Shown piece after piece: positions 12,150-25,684 of a stretch of DNA of 64,000 nucleotides. Origin of the DNA: Anaeramoeba ignava BMAN (Eukaryota; Protista; Anaeramoebae); assembly GCA_028826165.1 (NCBI GenBank), contig JAPDFW010000109.1, positions 124,001 to 188,000 of the forward strand, read 5' to 3'. The notes under the pieces are model-generated. The model made no database searches, was not told the origin of the DNA, and worked only from the letters and a program-made list of their open reading frames with translations. Positions within the stretch are counted from its first letter, which is position 1. Each line of letters begins with the position of its first letter. The position numbers and the translations under genes are program-made.

Positions 12150-13409
12150 AAAGAAAAATTTGAAATTTTATTTGAAACAAAAACAATTGAAATTGAAATT
12201 AAAACAACATTTGAAATTGAAATCAAAATAAATAAATAAAAGTGGAATGAAAATTTTAATCAAAAATAAAATAATCAAAAACAAAAACAAAAACATTTGA
12301 AATTGAATTTGAAATTGAATTTGAAATTAAATTTGAAATTGAATTTGAATTTAAAATTAAATTTGAATTTGAAATTGAATTTGAATTTGAAATTAAAATA
12401 AATAAAAGTGGAATGAAAATTTTAATCAAAAATAAAATAATCAAAAACAAAAACATTTGAAATTGAATTTGAAATTGAAATTGAATTTGAAATTAAAATA
12501 AATAAAAGTGGAATGAAAATTTTAATCAAAAATAAAATAATCAAAAACAAAAACAAAAACATTTGAAATTGAAATTAAATTTGAAATTGAAATTGAAATT
12601 AAATTTGAAATTGAATTTGAATTTGAAATTGAATTTGAATTTGAAACTGAATTTGAAATTGAAATTGAATTTGAATTTGAATTTGAATTTGAATTTGATT
12701 TTGAAATTAAATTTGAAATTAAATTTGAAATTGAATTTGAATTTGAAATTGAAATTGAATTTGAAATTGAAATCAAAATAAATAAATAAATAAAAGTGGA
12801 ATGAAAATTTTGATCAAAAATAAAATAATCAAAAACAAAAACATTTGAAATTGAAATTTGAAATTGAATTTGAATTTGAAATTGAATTTGAATTTGAAAT
12901 TGAAATTGAAATTAAAACAACATTTGAAATTGAAATTGAAATTGAAATTGAAATCAAAATAAATAAATAAATAAAAGTGGAATGAAAATTTTGATCAAAA
13001 ATAAAATAATCAAAAACAAAAACATTTTAAATTAAATTTGAAATTGAAATTGAAATTTGAAATTGAAATTGAAATTGAAATTAAAACAACATTTGAAATT
13101 GAAATCAAAATAAATAAATAAAAGTGGAATGAAAATTTTAATCAAAAATAAAATAATCAAAAACAAAAACATTTGAAATTGAAATTTGAAATTGAAATTA
13201 AATTTGAAATTGAAATTAAATTTGAAATTGAATTTGAAATTGAAATTGAATTTAAAATTGAAATTGAATTTGAAATTGAAATTGAATTTAAAATTGAAAT
13301 TGAATTTGAAATCAAAATAAATAAATAAATAAAAGTGGAATGAAAATTTTAATCAAAAATAAAATAATCAAAAACAAAAACATTTGAAATTAAATTTGAA
13401 ATTGAATTT

Positions 13410-13444
<35 letters not shown>

Positions 13445-13755
13445 TTTGAAATTGAAATTGAAATTGAATTTGAATTTGATTTTGAATTTGAATTTGAATT
13501 TGAATTTGATTTTGAAATTTGATTTTGAAATTGAAATTAAATTTGAAATTGAATTTGAATTTGAAATTGAATTTGAATTTGAAATTGAATTTGAAACTTG
13601 AATTTGAAATTGAAATTGAAATTGAATTTGAATTTGAATTTGATTTTGAAATTAAATTTGAAATTAAATTTGAAATTGAAATTGAATTTGAAATTAAAAC
13701 GACATTTGAAATTGAAATTGAATTTGAAATTAAAAGAAAAGTGGAATGAAAATAA
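12150..13755. repeat. Composite intergenic minisatellite: about 8 copies of AAATAAAAGTGGAATGAAAATTTT(A/G)ATCAAAAATAAAATAATCAAAAAC separated by variable (GAAATT/GAATTT)n tracts
   Basis: AAAGTGGAATG cores near 12241, 12408, 12508, 12796, 12977, 13123, 13334 and 13741. Confidence 0.9.
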
Positions 13756-13958
13756 AAAAAAAATAAAATTTCTCCTTTTTGTTTTTTTAAATTTTTTTTT
13801 TTCTCCTTTTTTTTTCTTAAATTCCATTTTTTTTTAATTAAATTTTTTTTTTTCATTTTTTTCATTTTTTTTTAATTAAAAAAAACAAAAGCAAAAAAAA
13901 AAAAAAATTTAAATTAAAAAAGGAAAAAAAAAAATTTAATAAACAAAAACACAAAAAA

Positions 13959-16347
13959 ATGACTGATGAGAGTTCAGATCTTAATACTTCTAGCGATGAA
14001 GATGAAGGTATAAATAGAACAAAAAAAGACAAAATCAAACTTGAAACGCATAAAGAAGGAAAAACAAAAGAATTAATTGATTATTTAGCCAAATTACAAA
14101 CAATATTTAAGGAACAAAAAGAAATAAAAAACCGACAAAAAGAAATTCCAAATGAAATAAAGGATTTTGATTTAACAAAACAAAAGGAATTCCAGCATTT
14201 GAAAGACTTTTTGGGAATTTTGTCAAATGAAAAAATACTGGAAAACGAATCAATGAATTTATTTGTTAATTCAATTGATAGTGACTTGATTTATTGGATC
14301 CAAAAAATAAATGAATACCAAGAATTTCTTGAAGAAAAAAAAGACAAAAAAAAAGATGAAAAAACTAAAGCTGAGCAAAAAAAACTCCGTCAAATCAAAA
14401 AGGATATTGAAAAGCTCAAAAAATATTCGGCAAGTTACAAAAAATCAACTCATCCATTTATTCAACTTGAACAGGCAAATTCTTTAATGGATGAAGTGCG
14501 AAAATTTAAGGAATTGAATGACATGTTTTCAAAGCAAAGTGAATCTTGCTTTGAAAATTTATTTGGTTTTTATTTATTAAAGGAGTTGCAACAAATTATG
14601 AAAGAAAAACATTCTTGGTCGCAGTTCTTTTACAATTCAATCCAAAAAAAAATTTTAGCGTTGATATCAAAAGGCAAACAAAAACAAGAACCAAAAATCA
14701 AAGACGAGCAAAAGACTTTAATTCGTGATTACAATATGAATTTAACAAAATGTCAAATCAACAAATCTTTAATGAAAAACAATATCAAGCTGGGAATTGA
14801 AAATGAAACAGTTTCTTTGAAACTTTCTAAAGAAATTGACAAAAAAAAAAGCAGTTATGATAAAATCAGTTTGTCAAGCGGTGATATTTCATTGTTCAAA
14901 TCATTTAAGAATTTAGATTTAAAAAATGACAAGCCAAAATTTAATTATTCAAAGGAAATGCCCAGTAATTTAGAAAATCACAGAAAATTTTCAAATTTAC
15001 CAAAAGACATTAAAAATCTGAAAGCACTTCCAGAGGATATAGAAGCACAATTTAATAAAGAATTCCAACAACTTTCTAGGAATGATGAAACCGATCTTGT
15101 TCGTTCTACTAGCTTAACTGATCTGAATTTTACTAAAAAGCTTCTCCCACATTTAATTTTTTCACATCCAGTTTTGTTAGACTTGAACATGTTTGGATAT
15201 TCTCAAAAAAGCAAGAAAAAACTATTTATCAGCTATCCATTCTATCAAAAAACATTCAAACTCTTAATTGAATCAGAAAAGTATTCGGATTTTTCAATGA
15301 TTTTATATGTTCGTCAGATTCTCTCTTTTCTGGAGTATTTGAACTCAAAGGATTGCTTCCTAAATGTGGATCCATCTCATTTTGTAATTGATGAAGAACA
15401 TCAATCAATCTATCTTTATGATTTAACCAACTTAACATTTTTAGAAGAAAAACAACAAGAACAAGAACAACAAGATAAAAAAGGAAAAAAAGGAAAAAAA
15501 GGAAAAAAAGGAAAAAAAGATAAGAGTAAAGATAAGAATAATGAACAAGAGGATCAAAAAGCTGTCAAAGAAAAACTGGAAGAAGAACAAGAAGAGTCTC
15601 TGAAAAAACTTTTTGAAATCATCCCACTTTTTAAACAGCCAGAATTCCAAATTATTAAAGAAAAAATTTCATCGCCATCTTCTCTTCTCAAGTTGGATTT
15701 CTTTAACAATTTTTTACCTTTCCCATATCTTCCTGTTAACGACACAGATTTATGGAAACCAAAAGAACTTTTACCACCAAATCCTTTATATTATCAAATC
15801 AAAGACATGGTTTATTCTTCTGCTTTATCTTTTGAAGGCAATTTATCACTTAATCCTTTTTTTAAGATCATTTCAGTTAAAATGATTGGAAATCCAAAAA
15901 CTTGGAATGATTATTTCATTTATAAAATCCAGAACAAAAAAGAACTAGAAGAAAGCAAAAACAATGAAAACAAAAAGAAAAAGAAAGAAAAAGAAATTGA
16001 TTCTGCTTTTAAAATTAATGATTTTGGAGAGTTTTATTTATTTCATGGGAGCTTTATTTGATGATTTACGTTTGTTTTCTTCTTTTGCTAATCAAACTTT
16101 AAAAAATTCCATTTCAATTCCTTCTGGTTTTCAATTTTCGGATAATTTTTCTTTTATTACAAAACAAGCTGTTTCTAATTTTGATTCAAAAGTTTTTTAT
16201 GTTCAATTATGTCGTGTTGTTTTGGGTCAAGATTATTTATCTCAAGTTAAAGAACAAAGAATTTGGGAAATTTATCATTCTAATCAATTTTATCCTGAAT
16301 TTGAAATTGCTTATCAGATTCATATTCCTGAAAAACACAAGAAATAA
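13959..16347 (+). CDS. Coiled-coil + degenerate protein-kinase-like domain + PARP-like ADP-ribosyltransferase domain; one frameshift near 16047-16049
   Basis: Kinase-like HPVLLDL...RQILSFLEYLNSK...VDPSHFVI...YLYDL lacks HRD and DFG. PARP-like GNPKTWNDY...EFYLFHG, then in the next frame LCRVVLG and IYHSNQFYPEFEIAY. Removing one G from CATGGGA joins the two ORFs. Confidence 0.65.
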
Positions 16348-17153
16348 TTCTTTTTTTTTCTTTTCTTTTCTTTTCTTTTCTTTTTCTTTTCTTTTCAATT
16401 CAATTCAATTTTTTTCAATTCAATTTTCAATTCAATTTTCAATTCAATTTTCAAAATTTTAAAAAAAAAATAAAAATAAAAATAAAAAGATTAAAATTAA
16501 ATTATTTATTCCACTTTTTTTTGAATTAAATTTATTTTATTTTTGAATAAGTTTTAAATTAATATTAATAAAAAAAAGAATAAATTTAAATCATTTTGAA
16601 TAAGTTTTAAATAAATTAATAAATAAAAATAAAAATTAAAAAAAATTAAAATTAAATTATTTAATCTAATTTTTGAATAATAAAAAGAATTAAATTAAAT
16701 TTACTTTTTGAATAAATTTATTTTATTTTTGAATAAGTTTTAAATTAATATTAATAAAAAAAAGAATAAATTTAATTCATTTTGAATAAGTTTTAAATAA
16801 ATTAATAAATAAAAATAAAAAGATTAAAATTAAATTATTTATTCCACTTTTTTTTGAATTAAATTTATTTTATTTTTGAATAAAAAGATTAAAATTTTAT
16901 AAATTACTTTTTGAATTAAAAATTAATTTTTGAATAAGTTTTAAATTAATTTAATAAAAAGAATTTTTAAATTAATTTGAATAATTTTTGAATAAAAATA
17001 AAAAGATTAAAATTAAATTATTTATTCCACTTTTTTTTTTGAATTAAATTTAATTTATTTTTAAATAAGTTTTAAATTAATATTAATAAAAAAAAGAATA
17101 AATTTAAATCATTTTAAATAAGTTTTAAATAAAAAAAAAAAGAAAAAAAGAAT

Positions 17154-17162
17154 AAAAAAAAA
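17154..17162 (-). terminator. Pol III oligo-T terminator of tRNA-Leu
   Basis: T9 immediately 3' of the discriminator base on the minus strand. Confidence 0.7.
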
Positions 17163-17242
17163 TGACAGCAATGGGATTCGAACCCACGTCCTTACGGAAT
17201 AGCGCCTTAAGCTACCGCCTTAGACCACTCGGCCATACTGTC
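17163..17242 (-). tRNA. tRNA-Leu (anticodon AAG), class II with long variable arm, no intron
   Basis: Reverse complement GACAGTATGGCCGAGTGGTCTAAGGCGGTAGCTTAAGGCGCTATTCCGTAAGGACGTGGGTTCGAATCCCATTGCTGTCA. Acceptor stem GACAGTA/TGCTGTC, anticodon loop TTAAGGC, GTTCGAATC T-arm, discriminator A. Confidence 0.96.
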
Positions 17243-20200
17243 TTTATTTTATTTAAATTTTTTTTTTAAAATTTTATCTATTTATTCTATTCTTTTTATT
17301 TTTTATTTATTTTAATTATAAAAATATAAATGAAATTAAATATAATTAAATTAAATAGTATTTATAATTATTTATTAAATTATCTGAATAAAATAAATTT
17401 ATTATTAAAATAGATTAAATTATATTTTATTCAATTTAAATTATTTATTCCACTTTTTTTCAATTTAATAATAAAAATATAAATCAAATTAAATATAATT
17501 AAATTAAATATTATTTATAATTATTTATTAAATTATCTGAATAAAATAAATTTATTATTAAAATAGGTTAAAATTATATTTTATTCAATTTAAATTATTT
17601 ATTCCACTTTTTTTCAATTTAATTATAAAAATATAATCCGAAATTAAATATAATTAAATTAAATAGTATTTATAATTATTTATTAAATTATCTAAATAAA
17701 ATAAATTTATTATTAAAATATATTAAATTATATTTTATTCAATTTAAATTATTTATTCCACTTTTTTCAATTTAATAATAAAAATATAAATCAAATTAAA
17801 TATAATTAAATTAAATATTATTTATAATTATTTATTAAATTATCTAAATAAAATAAATTTATTATTAAAATAGATTAAAATTATATTTTATTCAATTTAA
17901 ATTATTTATTCCACTTTTTTTTAAATTTAATAATAAAAATATAAATGAAATTAAATATAATTGAATTAAATAGTATTTATAATTATTTATTAAATTATCT
18001 AAATAAAATAAATTTATTATTAAAATAGATTAAATTATATTTTATTTTAATTTAAATTATTTATTCCACTTTTTTTCAATTTAATAATAAAAATATAAAT
18101 TAAATTAAATATAATTAAATTAAATATTATTTATAACTATTTATTAAATTATTTAAATAAAATAAATTTATTATTAAAATAAGATTAAAATTATATTTTA
18201 TTCAATTTAAATTATTTATTCCACTTTTTTTTGAATTAAATTTAATTAATTTTAAAATAAGTTTTAAATTAAATTAAATTATTTATTCCACTTTTTGAAT
18301 TAAATTTAATTAATTTTAAAAATAAAAAGATTTTTAAATTAATATTAATAAAAAGAATAAATTTAAATCATTTTAAATAAGTTTTAAATAATAAAAAAAA
18401 GAATAAATTTAATTCATTTTGAATAAGTTTTAAATAAATTAATACCGTAAAATAAAAGATTAAAATTAAATTATTTATTCCCTTTTTGAATTAAATTTAT
18501 TTTTTTAATTTTTAAAATTTTAAATCTATTTATTAAAAATTTTAATTTTAATTTATTTTAATAAGTTAAAAATAAAATGAAAAATTAAATAAAATTGAAT
18601 TAAATAGTATTTATAATTATTTATTAAATTATCTAAATAAAATAAATTTATTATTAAAATTTTATTAAAATTTATTTTATTCAATTTATTTCTTTATTTT
18701 ATTTTTTCAATTTTAATAATAAAAATATAATCCAAATTAAATATAATTAAATTAAATATTATTTATAATTATTTATTAAATTATCTAAATAAAATAAATT
18801 TATTATTAAAATAGGTTAAATTATATTTTATTCAATTTAAATTATTTATTCCACTTTTTTTCAATTTAATAATAAAAATATAAATCGAAATTAAATATAA
18901 TTGAATTAAATATTATTTATAATTATTTATTAAATTATCTGAATAAAATAAATTTATTATTAAAATAGATTAAATTATATTTTATTCAATTTAAATTATT
19001 TATTCCATTTTTTTTCAATTTAATAATAAAAATATAAATGAAATTAAATATAATTGAATTAAATATTATTTATAATTATTTATTAAATTATCTAAATAAA
19101 ATAAATTTATTATTAAAATATATTAAATTATATTTTATTTTAATTTAAATTATTTATTCCATTTTTTTTTTATTTATTTTAATAATAAAAATATAAATCA
19201 AATTAAATATAATTGAATTAAATATTATTTATAATTATTTATTAAATTATCTGAATAAAATAAATTTATTATTAAAATAAGATTAAATTATATTTTATTC
19301 AATTTAAATTATTTATTCCACTTTTTTTCAATTTAATAATAAAAATATAATCCAAATTAAATATAATTAAATTAAATATTATTTATAATTATTTATTAAA
19401 TTATTTAAATAAAATAAATTTATTATTAAAATAGATTAAAATATATATTTTATTTAATTTAAATTATTTATTCCACTTTTTCAATTTAATAATAAAAATA
19501 TAAATCAAATTAAATATAATTAAAATTTTTAAATAAATATTTATAAAATTATTTAAATAAAATAATTTTTGAATAAGTTTTAAAAATAAATTAATAAATA
19601 AAAATTTTATTTAAATTTAAATTATTTATTCCACTTTTTTTTAATTAATAAAAATATAATTTTAAATAAAATATTTAAATTAAAAGTATTAATAAATTTA
19701 ATAAATTTAAATAATTTAAAATAATTTTAAATAAAAAGATTAAAAAATATTTTATTCAAAAAAATTATTTATTCACTTTTTCAATTTAATAATAAAAATA
19801 TAATCCAAATTAAATATAATTAAATTAAATATTATTTATAATTATTTATTAAATTATTGAATTTAAATTTATTTTTAAAATTATATCTAAATTATATTTT
19901 TTATAAATTTAAATTTTTATTTAATAATAAAAAATATAAATGAAATTAAATATAATTGAATTAAACATTATTTATAATTATTTATTAAATTATCTAAATA
20001 AAATAAATTTATTATTAAAAATAAGATTAAAATTATATTTTATTCAATTTAAATTATTTATTCCACTTTTTTTAAATTTAATAATAAAAATATAAACCAA
20101 ATTAAATATAATTGAATTAAATATTATTTATAATTATTTATTAAATTATCTAAATAAAATAAATTTATTATTAAAATATATTAAATTATATTTTATTCAA

Positions 20201-20954
20201 TTTAAATTATTTATTCCACTTTTTTTGAATTAAATTTAATTAATTTTTGAATAAGTTTTAAATTAATAATAAAAAGAATAAATTTAAATCATTTTAAATA
20301 AGTTTTAAATAAAAAAAGAATAAAAATTATTTATTAAATTATCTAAATAAAATAAATTTATTATTAAAATAGATTAAAATATATTTTATTTAAATTTTTA
20401 AAATTTTATCTATTTATTCTATTCTTTTTATTTTTATTTATTTTAATTATAAAAATATAAATCAAATTAAATATAATTAAATTAAATATTATTTATAATT
20501 ATTTATTAAATTATTTAAATAAAATAAATTTATTATTAAAATAGATTAAAAATATATTTTATTTTAATTTAAATTATTTATTCCATTTTTTTCAATTTAA
20601 TAATAAAAATATAATTCAAATTAAATATAATTAAATTAAATATTATTTATAATTATTTATTAAATTATCTAAATAAAATAAATTTATTATTAAAATAGAT
20701 TAAATTATATTTTATTTAATTTAAATTATTTATTCCACTTTTTTTTGAATTTAATAATAAAAATATAATTCAAATTAAATATAATTAAATTAAATATTAT
20801 TAATAATTATTTATTAAATTATCTAAATAAAATAAATTTATTATTAAAATAATATTAAAATGCTCCTTTTTTTTTATTTTGGTTTGTTGTTGATCTTTTG
20901 AAAATAAAATAAATTGAAAAAATAAAAATAAAAAAATAAAAAAAAAGATTTGAA

Positions 20955-23900
20955 TTAATTTTTGGATTTGACTTTTGATTTAATCGCAAATAATTCTTCA
21001 ATTTTCTCTGCAGTTTTAATACCCAGTCTTCCATCAGGAAAAATATTTGAAGAGACTTGGAAATGCTTAATCAATTCAACAAGAAAAGAAGGTTCTTTAA
21101 TAACATTATGATCAGTTGAAAAACCAAGATTTGATAATTTGGAACAAATATTTTGAAGAGTGTTTTTAATTTGAGAAAATAAATTAAAATTCAATTCTTG
21201 ATCGATTCTTTTATTCAAATAAGAAATTTTATTTTGAGTTTGTTTCCCTTTATTTTTAAGAAATCGTGTTTTAAATCCTTGAATTCCTAATAAAGTAACA
21301 TCATTCAAAACACCATCAATTTTTGAAATTGAGGGAAATAAATCCAAATGTTGAAGAGAAACTTGCAGTTCCAAAACTAAATCATTTACAGCTTGATTAA
21401 TTGGAATATTTTTTGATATTTGATAATCTTTTCGAAATTTTTCTTCAAGATCTTCAATTTTTTCAATTTTTCGAATTAAATTTTTTTCCGAATTTCCAAC
21501 TAATCTGATAAGATTTAAATTGAGATTAATCAATGGTTGATCTTGTTCAAAATCACCAGATGGAATAAGAAATAATGTTTGATTGTCACTAGTGAAGGAA
21601 GTTGAATTAGAAATTAAAATGTTTCCTTCTGGTAATTCTGCTAAATAAAGTTCAGGAATATCAAATGAAAAAAACATTTTGTTGATTAACGCTTGTTGTG
21701 ATTCTGTTGTGTTTGAGTCAAAATTGATAATGCATGCTTTTACTTTATCTTCTTTGTTTCCTGTATGATATACGAATGTGGAAAAGAATTTTATAACATT
21801 TACATTCCTAATTTTAAATTTTAAATTTGAATTTTAATTTTAATTTGAATTTAAATTTTGAAATGAATTTAAATTTCAATATGAATTTAAATTTTAAAAT
21901 GAATTTAAATTTCAATATGGATTTAAATTTTAAAATGAATTTTAATTTGAATTTAAATTTTAATTTTAAAATGAATTTAAATTTTAATTTGGATTTAAAT
22001 TTTAATTTAAATTTTAATTTTAAAATGAATTTAAATTTTAATTTGGATTTAAATTTTAAAATGAATTTTAATTTTAAAATAAATTTAAATTTTAAAATGA
22101 ATTTAAATTTTAAAATGAATTTAAATTTTAAAATGGATTTTAATTTCAATATGAATTTAAATTTTAAATTTAAATTTTGAAATGAATTTTAATTTTAAAA
22201 TGAATTTTAATTTTAAAATGGATTTTAATTTCAAAATGGATTTAAATTTTAAAATGGATTTAAATTTTAAAATGAATTTAAATTTTAATACCATTCCGCT
22301 ATACTATAAAGTTGATATCCTTCAAGAATAAATGTTTCAGTTTGAATTTTCATATAAGGTGTTTTTGAAGCTAATTCTTTAAATTTTGTTGGTTCAAAAA
22401 CTATTAAATTTCGATTAATAACATTAAGAGAACATTTTTGAAGTTTGTCTGCTGATAAATTTTCAATAAAATTTGCTGATAAATCAACAGAAACAAGATA
22501 ATAGCCAAGTTCTGTATTAAGGAAATCTTCATCACAAAATTCGTTTATGAATGAAATTGTTCTAAAATTTATTTAAATTTTTTTTTGATTTGAATTTGAT
22601 TTTTATTTTGAGTTTTTTTGATATAATACGTTCTTAAATTTGAAATCCCAGCTTTTATTATAACAAAATTTAAAACATCAACAAAATCATCAGCTCCTAC
22701 AGTTATATTTGGACTACGAGAAGAGATCTTTTGATAATTAAATATAGTTTAATATTAATTTTATATTTAATTTTATATTTAATTTTATATCTAATTTTAT
22801 ATTTAATTTTATATTTAATTTCGTATTTAATTTTATATTTAATTTTATATCTATTTTTATATCTAATTTTAATATTTAATTTTATATTTAATTTTATATT
22901 TAATTTTATATTTAATTTTATATTTAATTTTATATTTAATTTTATATCTAATTTTATATTTAATTTTATATTTAATTTTATATCTATTTTTATATCTATT
23001 TTTATATTTAATTTTATATTTAATTTTATATTCAATTTTATATCTATTTTTATATCTATATTTTATATTTAATTTTATATCTAATTTTATATTTAATTTA
23101 ATATCCAATTTAATATTTAATTTTATATTCAATTTTATATTCAATTTTATATTCAATTTTATATTCAATTTTATATCTATTTTTATATTTATTTTATAAA
23201 CCTGATTATAAATAGCTTGTGATGCATTTAAAATTGTGTATAATTTATCTGTTGGTGTTGATGAGAATGGTAATGTTTTCATAAAAGAAATTGCATCTAT
23301 AAATGGGATCAATTCTGATGATTGTATTTTTGGACTTATATGTAATTGTTCTTGGACAATATTAGCAAATGAACAACATTTTTTGAATATAATATCATCT
23401 TTTTCTTTTGTTAAAACTTGTTCAAGACAAGTTTTATAAATTTTTGGAAAAATATAATTTTCTAAAGCAATTTTAACATCATCTTCTTGATTTTCAGTAT
23501 CATCTTGTAATTCAAGATATTCGCTGGTGATTTGATTAATAAAATCCTAATAATTTTGAATTTAATAATTTGAATTTTGAATTTTGAATTTTGAATTTAA
23601 TAATTTGAATTTTGATTTTAATAATTTGAATTTTGAATTTAATAATTTGAATTTTGAATTTTGAATTTAATAATTTGAATTTTGATTTTGATTTTGAATT
23701 TTGAATTTTGAATTTTGAATTTTGAATTTTGATAATTTGAATTTTGATTTAATAATTTGAATTTTGAATTTAATAATTTGAATTTTGAATTTAATAATTT
23801 GAATTTTGATTTTGATAATTTGAATTTTGATTTAATAATTTGAATTTTGAATTTTGATTTTTGAATTTTAAATTTCCTTGTTTATACTCTAACAGGAGGA

Positions 23901-25589
23901 ATATTAAGATTTTTTTGATTAAAATTTTGGATATAATCATCAATAATTAATTTAGTTTTTCCTTGATTAAAACTCAAAATTAAATCGATTAATTTTTTTT
24001 CTTGAATTTTTTTAAGAGAAGAAGCAATTTTATTCCTAATAACAATAAGTTGAGAAATCTAAAAGAAAAAATAAAATTGATTTAAATTAAATTGATTTAA
24101 ATTAAATTTATTTGAATTAAATTGATTTGAATTAAAATTATTTGAATTAATTTTATTTGAATTAAATTATTTGAATTAAAATTATTTGAATTAAATTGAT
24201 TTGAATTAAATTGATTAGTAAATTAAATTGATTTGAATTAAATTGATTTGAATTAAATTGATTTGAATTAAATTGATTTGAATTAAATTGATTTAAATTT
24301 AAATTGATTTGAATTAAATTGATTTAAATTAAATTGATTTGAATTAAATTGATTTTGAATTAAAATTTTCGGATTTGAATTAAATTGATTTTTATTTAAA
24401 TTAAATTGATTTGAATTAAATTGATTTGAATTAAAATTGATTTGAATTAAATTTGGATTTGAATTAAATTGATTTGAATTAAATTTGAATTAAAATTGAT
24501 TTGAATTTGATTTATTTGAATTAAATTATTTTTAAAATTGAATTATTTTGAATTAAAATTGATTTTTATTTTGAATTTAAATTGATTTTGATTTAAATGA
24601 TTTGAATTTGATTTGAATTAAATTGATTTGAATTAAATTGATTTGAATTAAATTGATTTGAATTTGAAATTGAATTGATTTGAATTTGAATTAAAATTGA
24701 TTTGAATTTTGATTTGAATTAAAATTGATTTGAATTTGAATTTATTTGAATTAAAATTATTTGAATTAAATTGATTTGAATTAAATTGATTTGAATTAAA
24801 TTGATTTGAATTAAATTGATTTGAATTAAAATTTATTTAAATTAAAATTTATTTTAAATTAAATTGATTTGAATTAAATTGATTTGAATTAAATTAAATT
24901 TATTTTTAAAATTTTAAAATTGATTTAAAATTGATTTAAAAATTATTTAAATTAAAATTGATTTGGAATTAAATTTTATTTAAATTAATTTAAATTATTT
25001 AAATTGAATTAATTTGAATTAAAATTGATTTGAATTGAAATTTATTTGGATTAAATTGATTTGAATTAAATTGATTTGAATTAATTTTATTTGAATTAAA
25101 TTGAATTAAAATTTTATTTGAATTACTTTTTTATCTTTCAAAAGATTTGGATCATCATTTTTTTTTGATAATTCAAGTAGTTCTCCTTCTAATCTTAAAA
25201 TTTTTGCTTGAGTAAAAATAACATCACGATTTGTATTTAATTGTCTTAAAAATTCTTGAACATCAAATTTTTTTTCAACTTGATTCTTTTGGATTATTTG
25301 AATTTTTTGAACAACTCGATTTAAACGAAATTTTTCTTTTTCAATTTTTAATTCTATTATATCTTTTTTCAAATTATAAATTTGATCCTGATTTATTTTG
25401 AATTATTGATTAATTTCTAATTTATTAATCCAAAATTATTTTTTTTTTGATAGAATTCGTTTTTTTTTTTACTTTTTTTTTTTGTTTTTCAAGTTTTTTT
25501 AAATCATCTTTAAGTGATTCAATAATTGATTCTGAATTTCCTTTAAAAGCGAACAATGATTTGTATTCAACTTTTTCTTGTTGACTCAT
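20955..25589 (-). CDS. Coiled-coil + VPS9 (Rab5-family GEF) + STB2/STB6-like domain protein, 7 exons
   Basis: Introns 25388-25472, 24059-25126, 23547-23887 (donor uncertain by 6 nt), 22728-23201, 22562-22629 and 21808-22291. VPS9 motifs TPTDKL, VGADDFVDVLNFVIIKA, ELGYYL. STB6-like GYQLYSIAEW, YHTGN, ISNSTSF...LIPSGDF...NLNLIRL, LVLELQVSL...DGVLNDVT. Confidence 0.8.
24075..25120. repeat. 15-bp (ATTGATTTGAATTAA)n repeat filling an intron of the VPS9 gene; introns 21808-22291, 22728-23201 and 23547-23887 carry different 18-, 12- and ~7-bp-based repeats
   Basis: Visible directly. Confidence 0.9.
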
Positions 25590-25684
25590 TTTATTTTTGT
25601 TTAGAAAAAAATGAAAAAAAAATAAAAAAATAAAGAAGAAAAATTTCTATTTTGTTTTTTTTCTCCTTTTTAATTTAAATTTAT

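Larger units (their letters stand above)
16480..20860. repeat. Very AT-rich satellite with ~154-bp monomer (core TTATTTATTCCACTTTTT) plus a second flank-type unit; contains a tRNA gene
   Basis: TTCCA(C/T) cores at 17450, 17604, 17758, 17911, 18066, 18221; 18851, 19005, 19159, 19318, 19473, 19631; 20063, 20216; 20583, 20735. Confidence 0.92.

Noticed and set aside
12150-13755. CRISPR-like repeat-spacer array
   Set aside because: The 'spacers' are low-complexity hexamer tracts of very variable length. The context is eukaryotic and there are no cas genes.
25380-25420. Stop-codon reassignment (in-frame TAA near the VPS9 gene 5' end and elsewhere)
   Set aside because: A canonical acceptor at 25388 removes the TAA. 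Genes end normally in TAA or TGA and long ORFs translate with the standard code.
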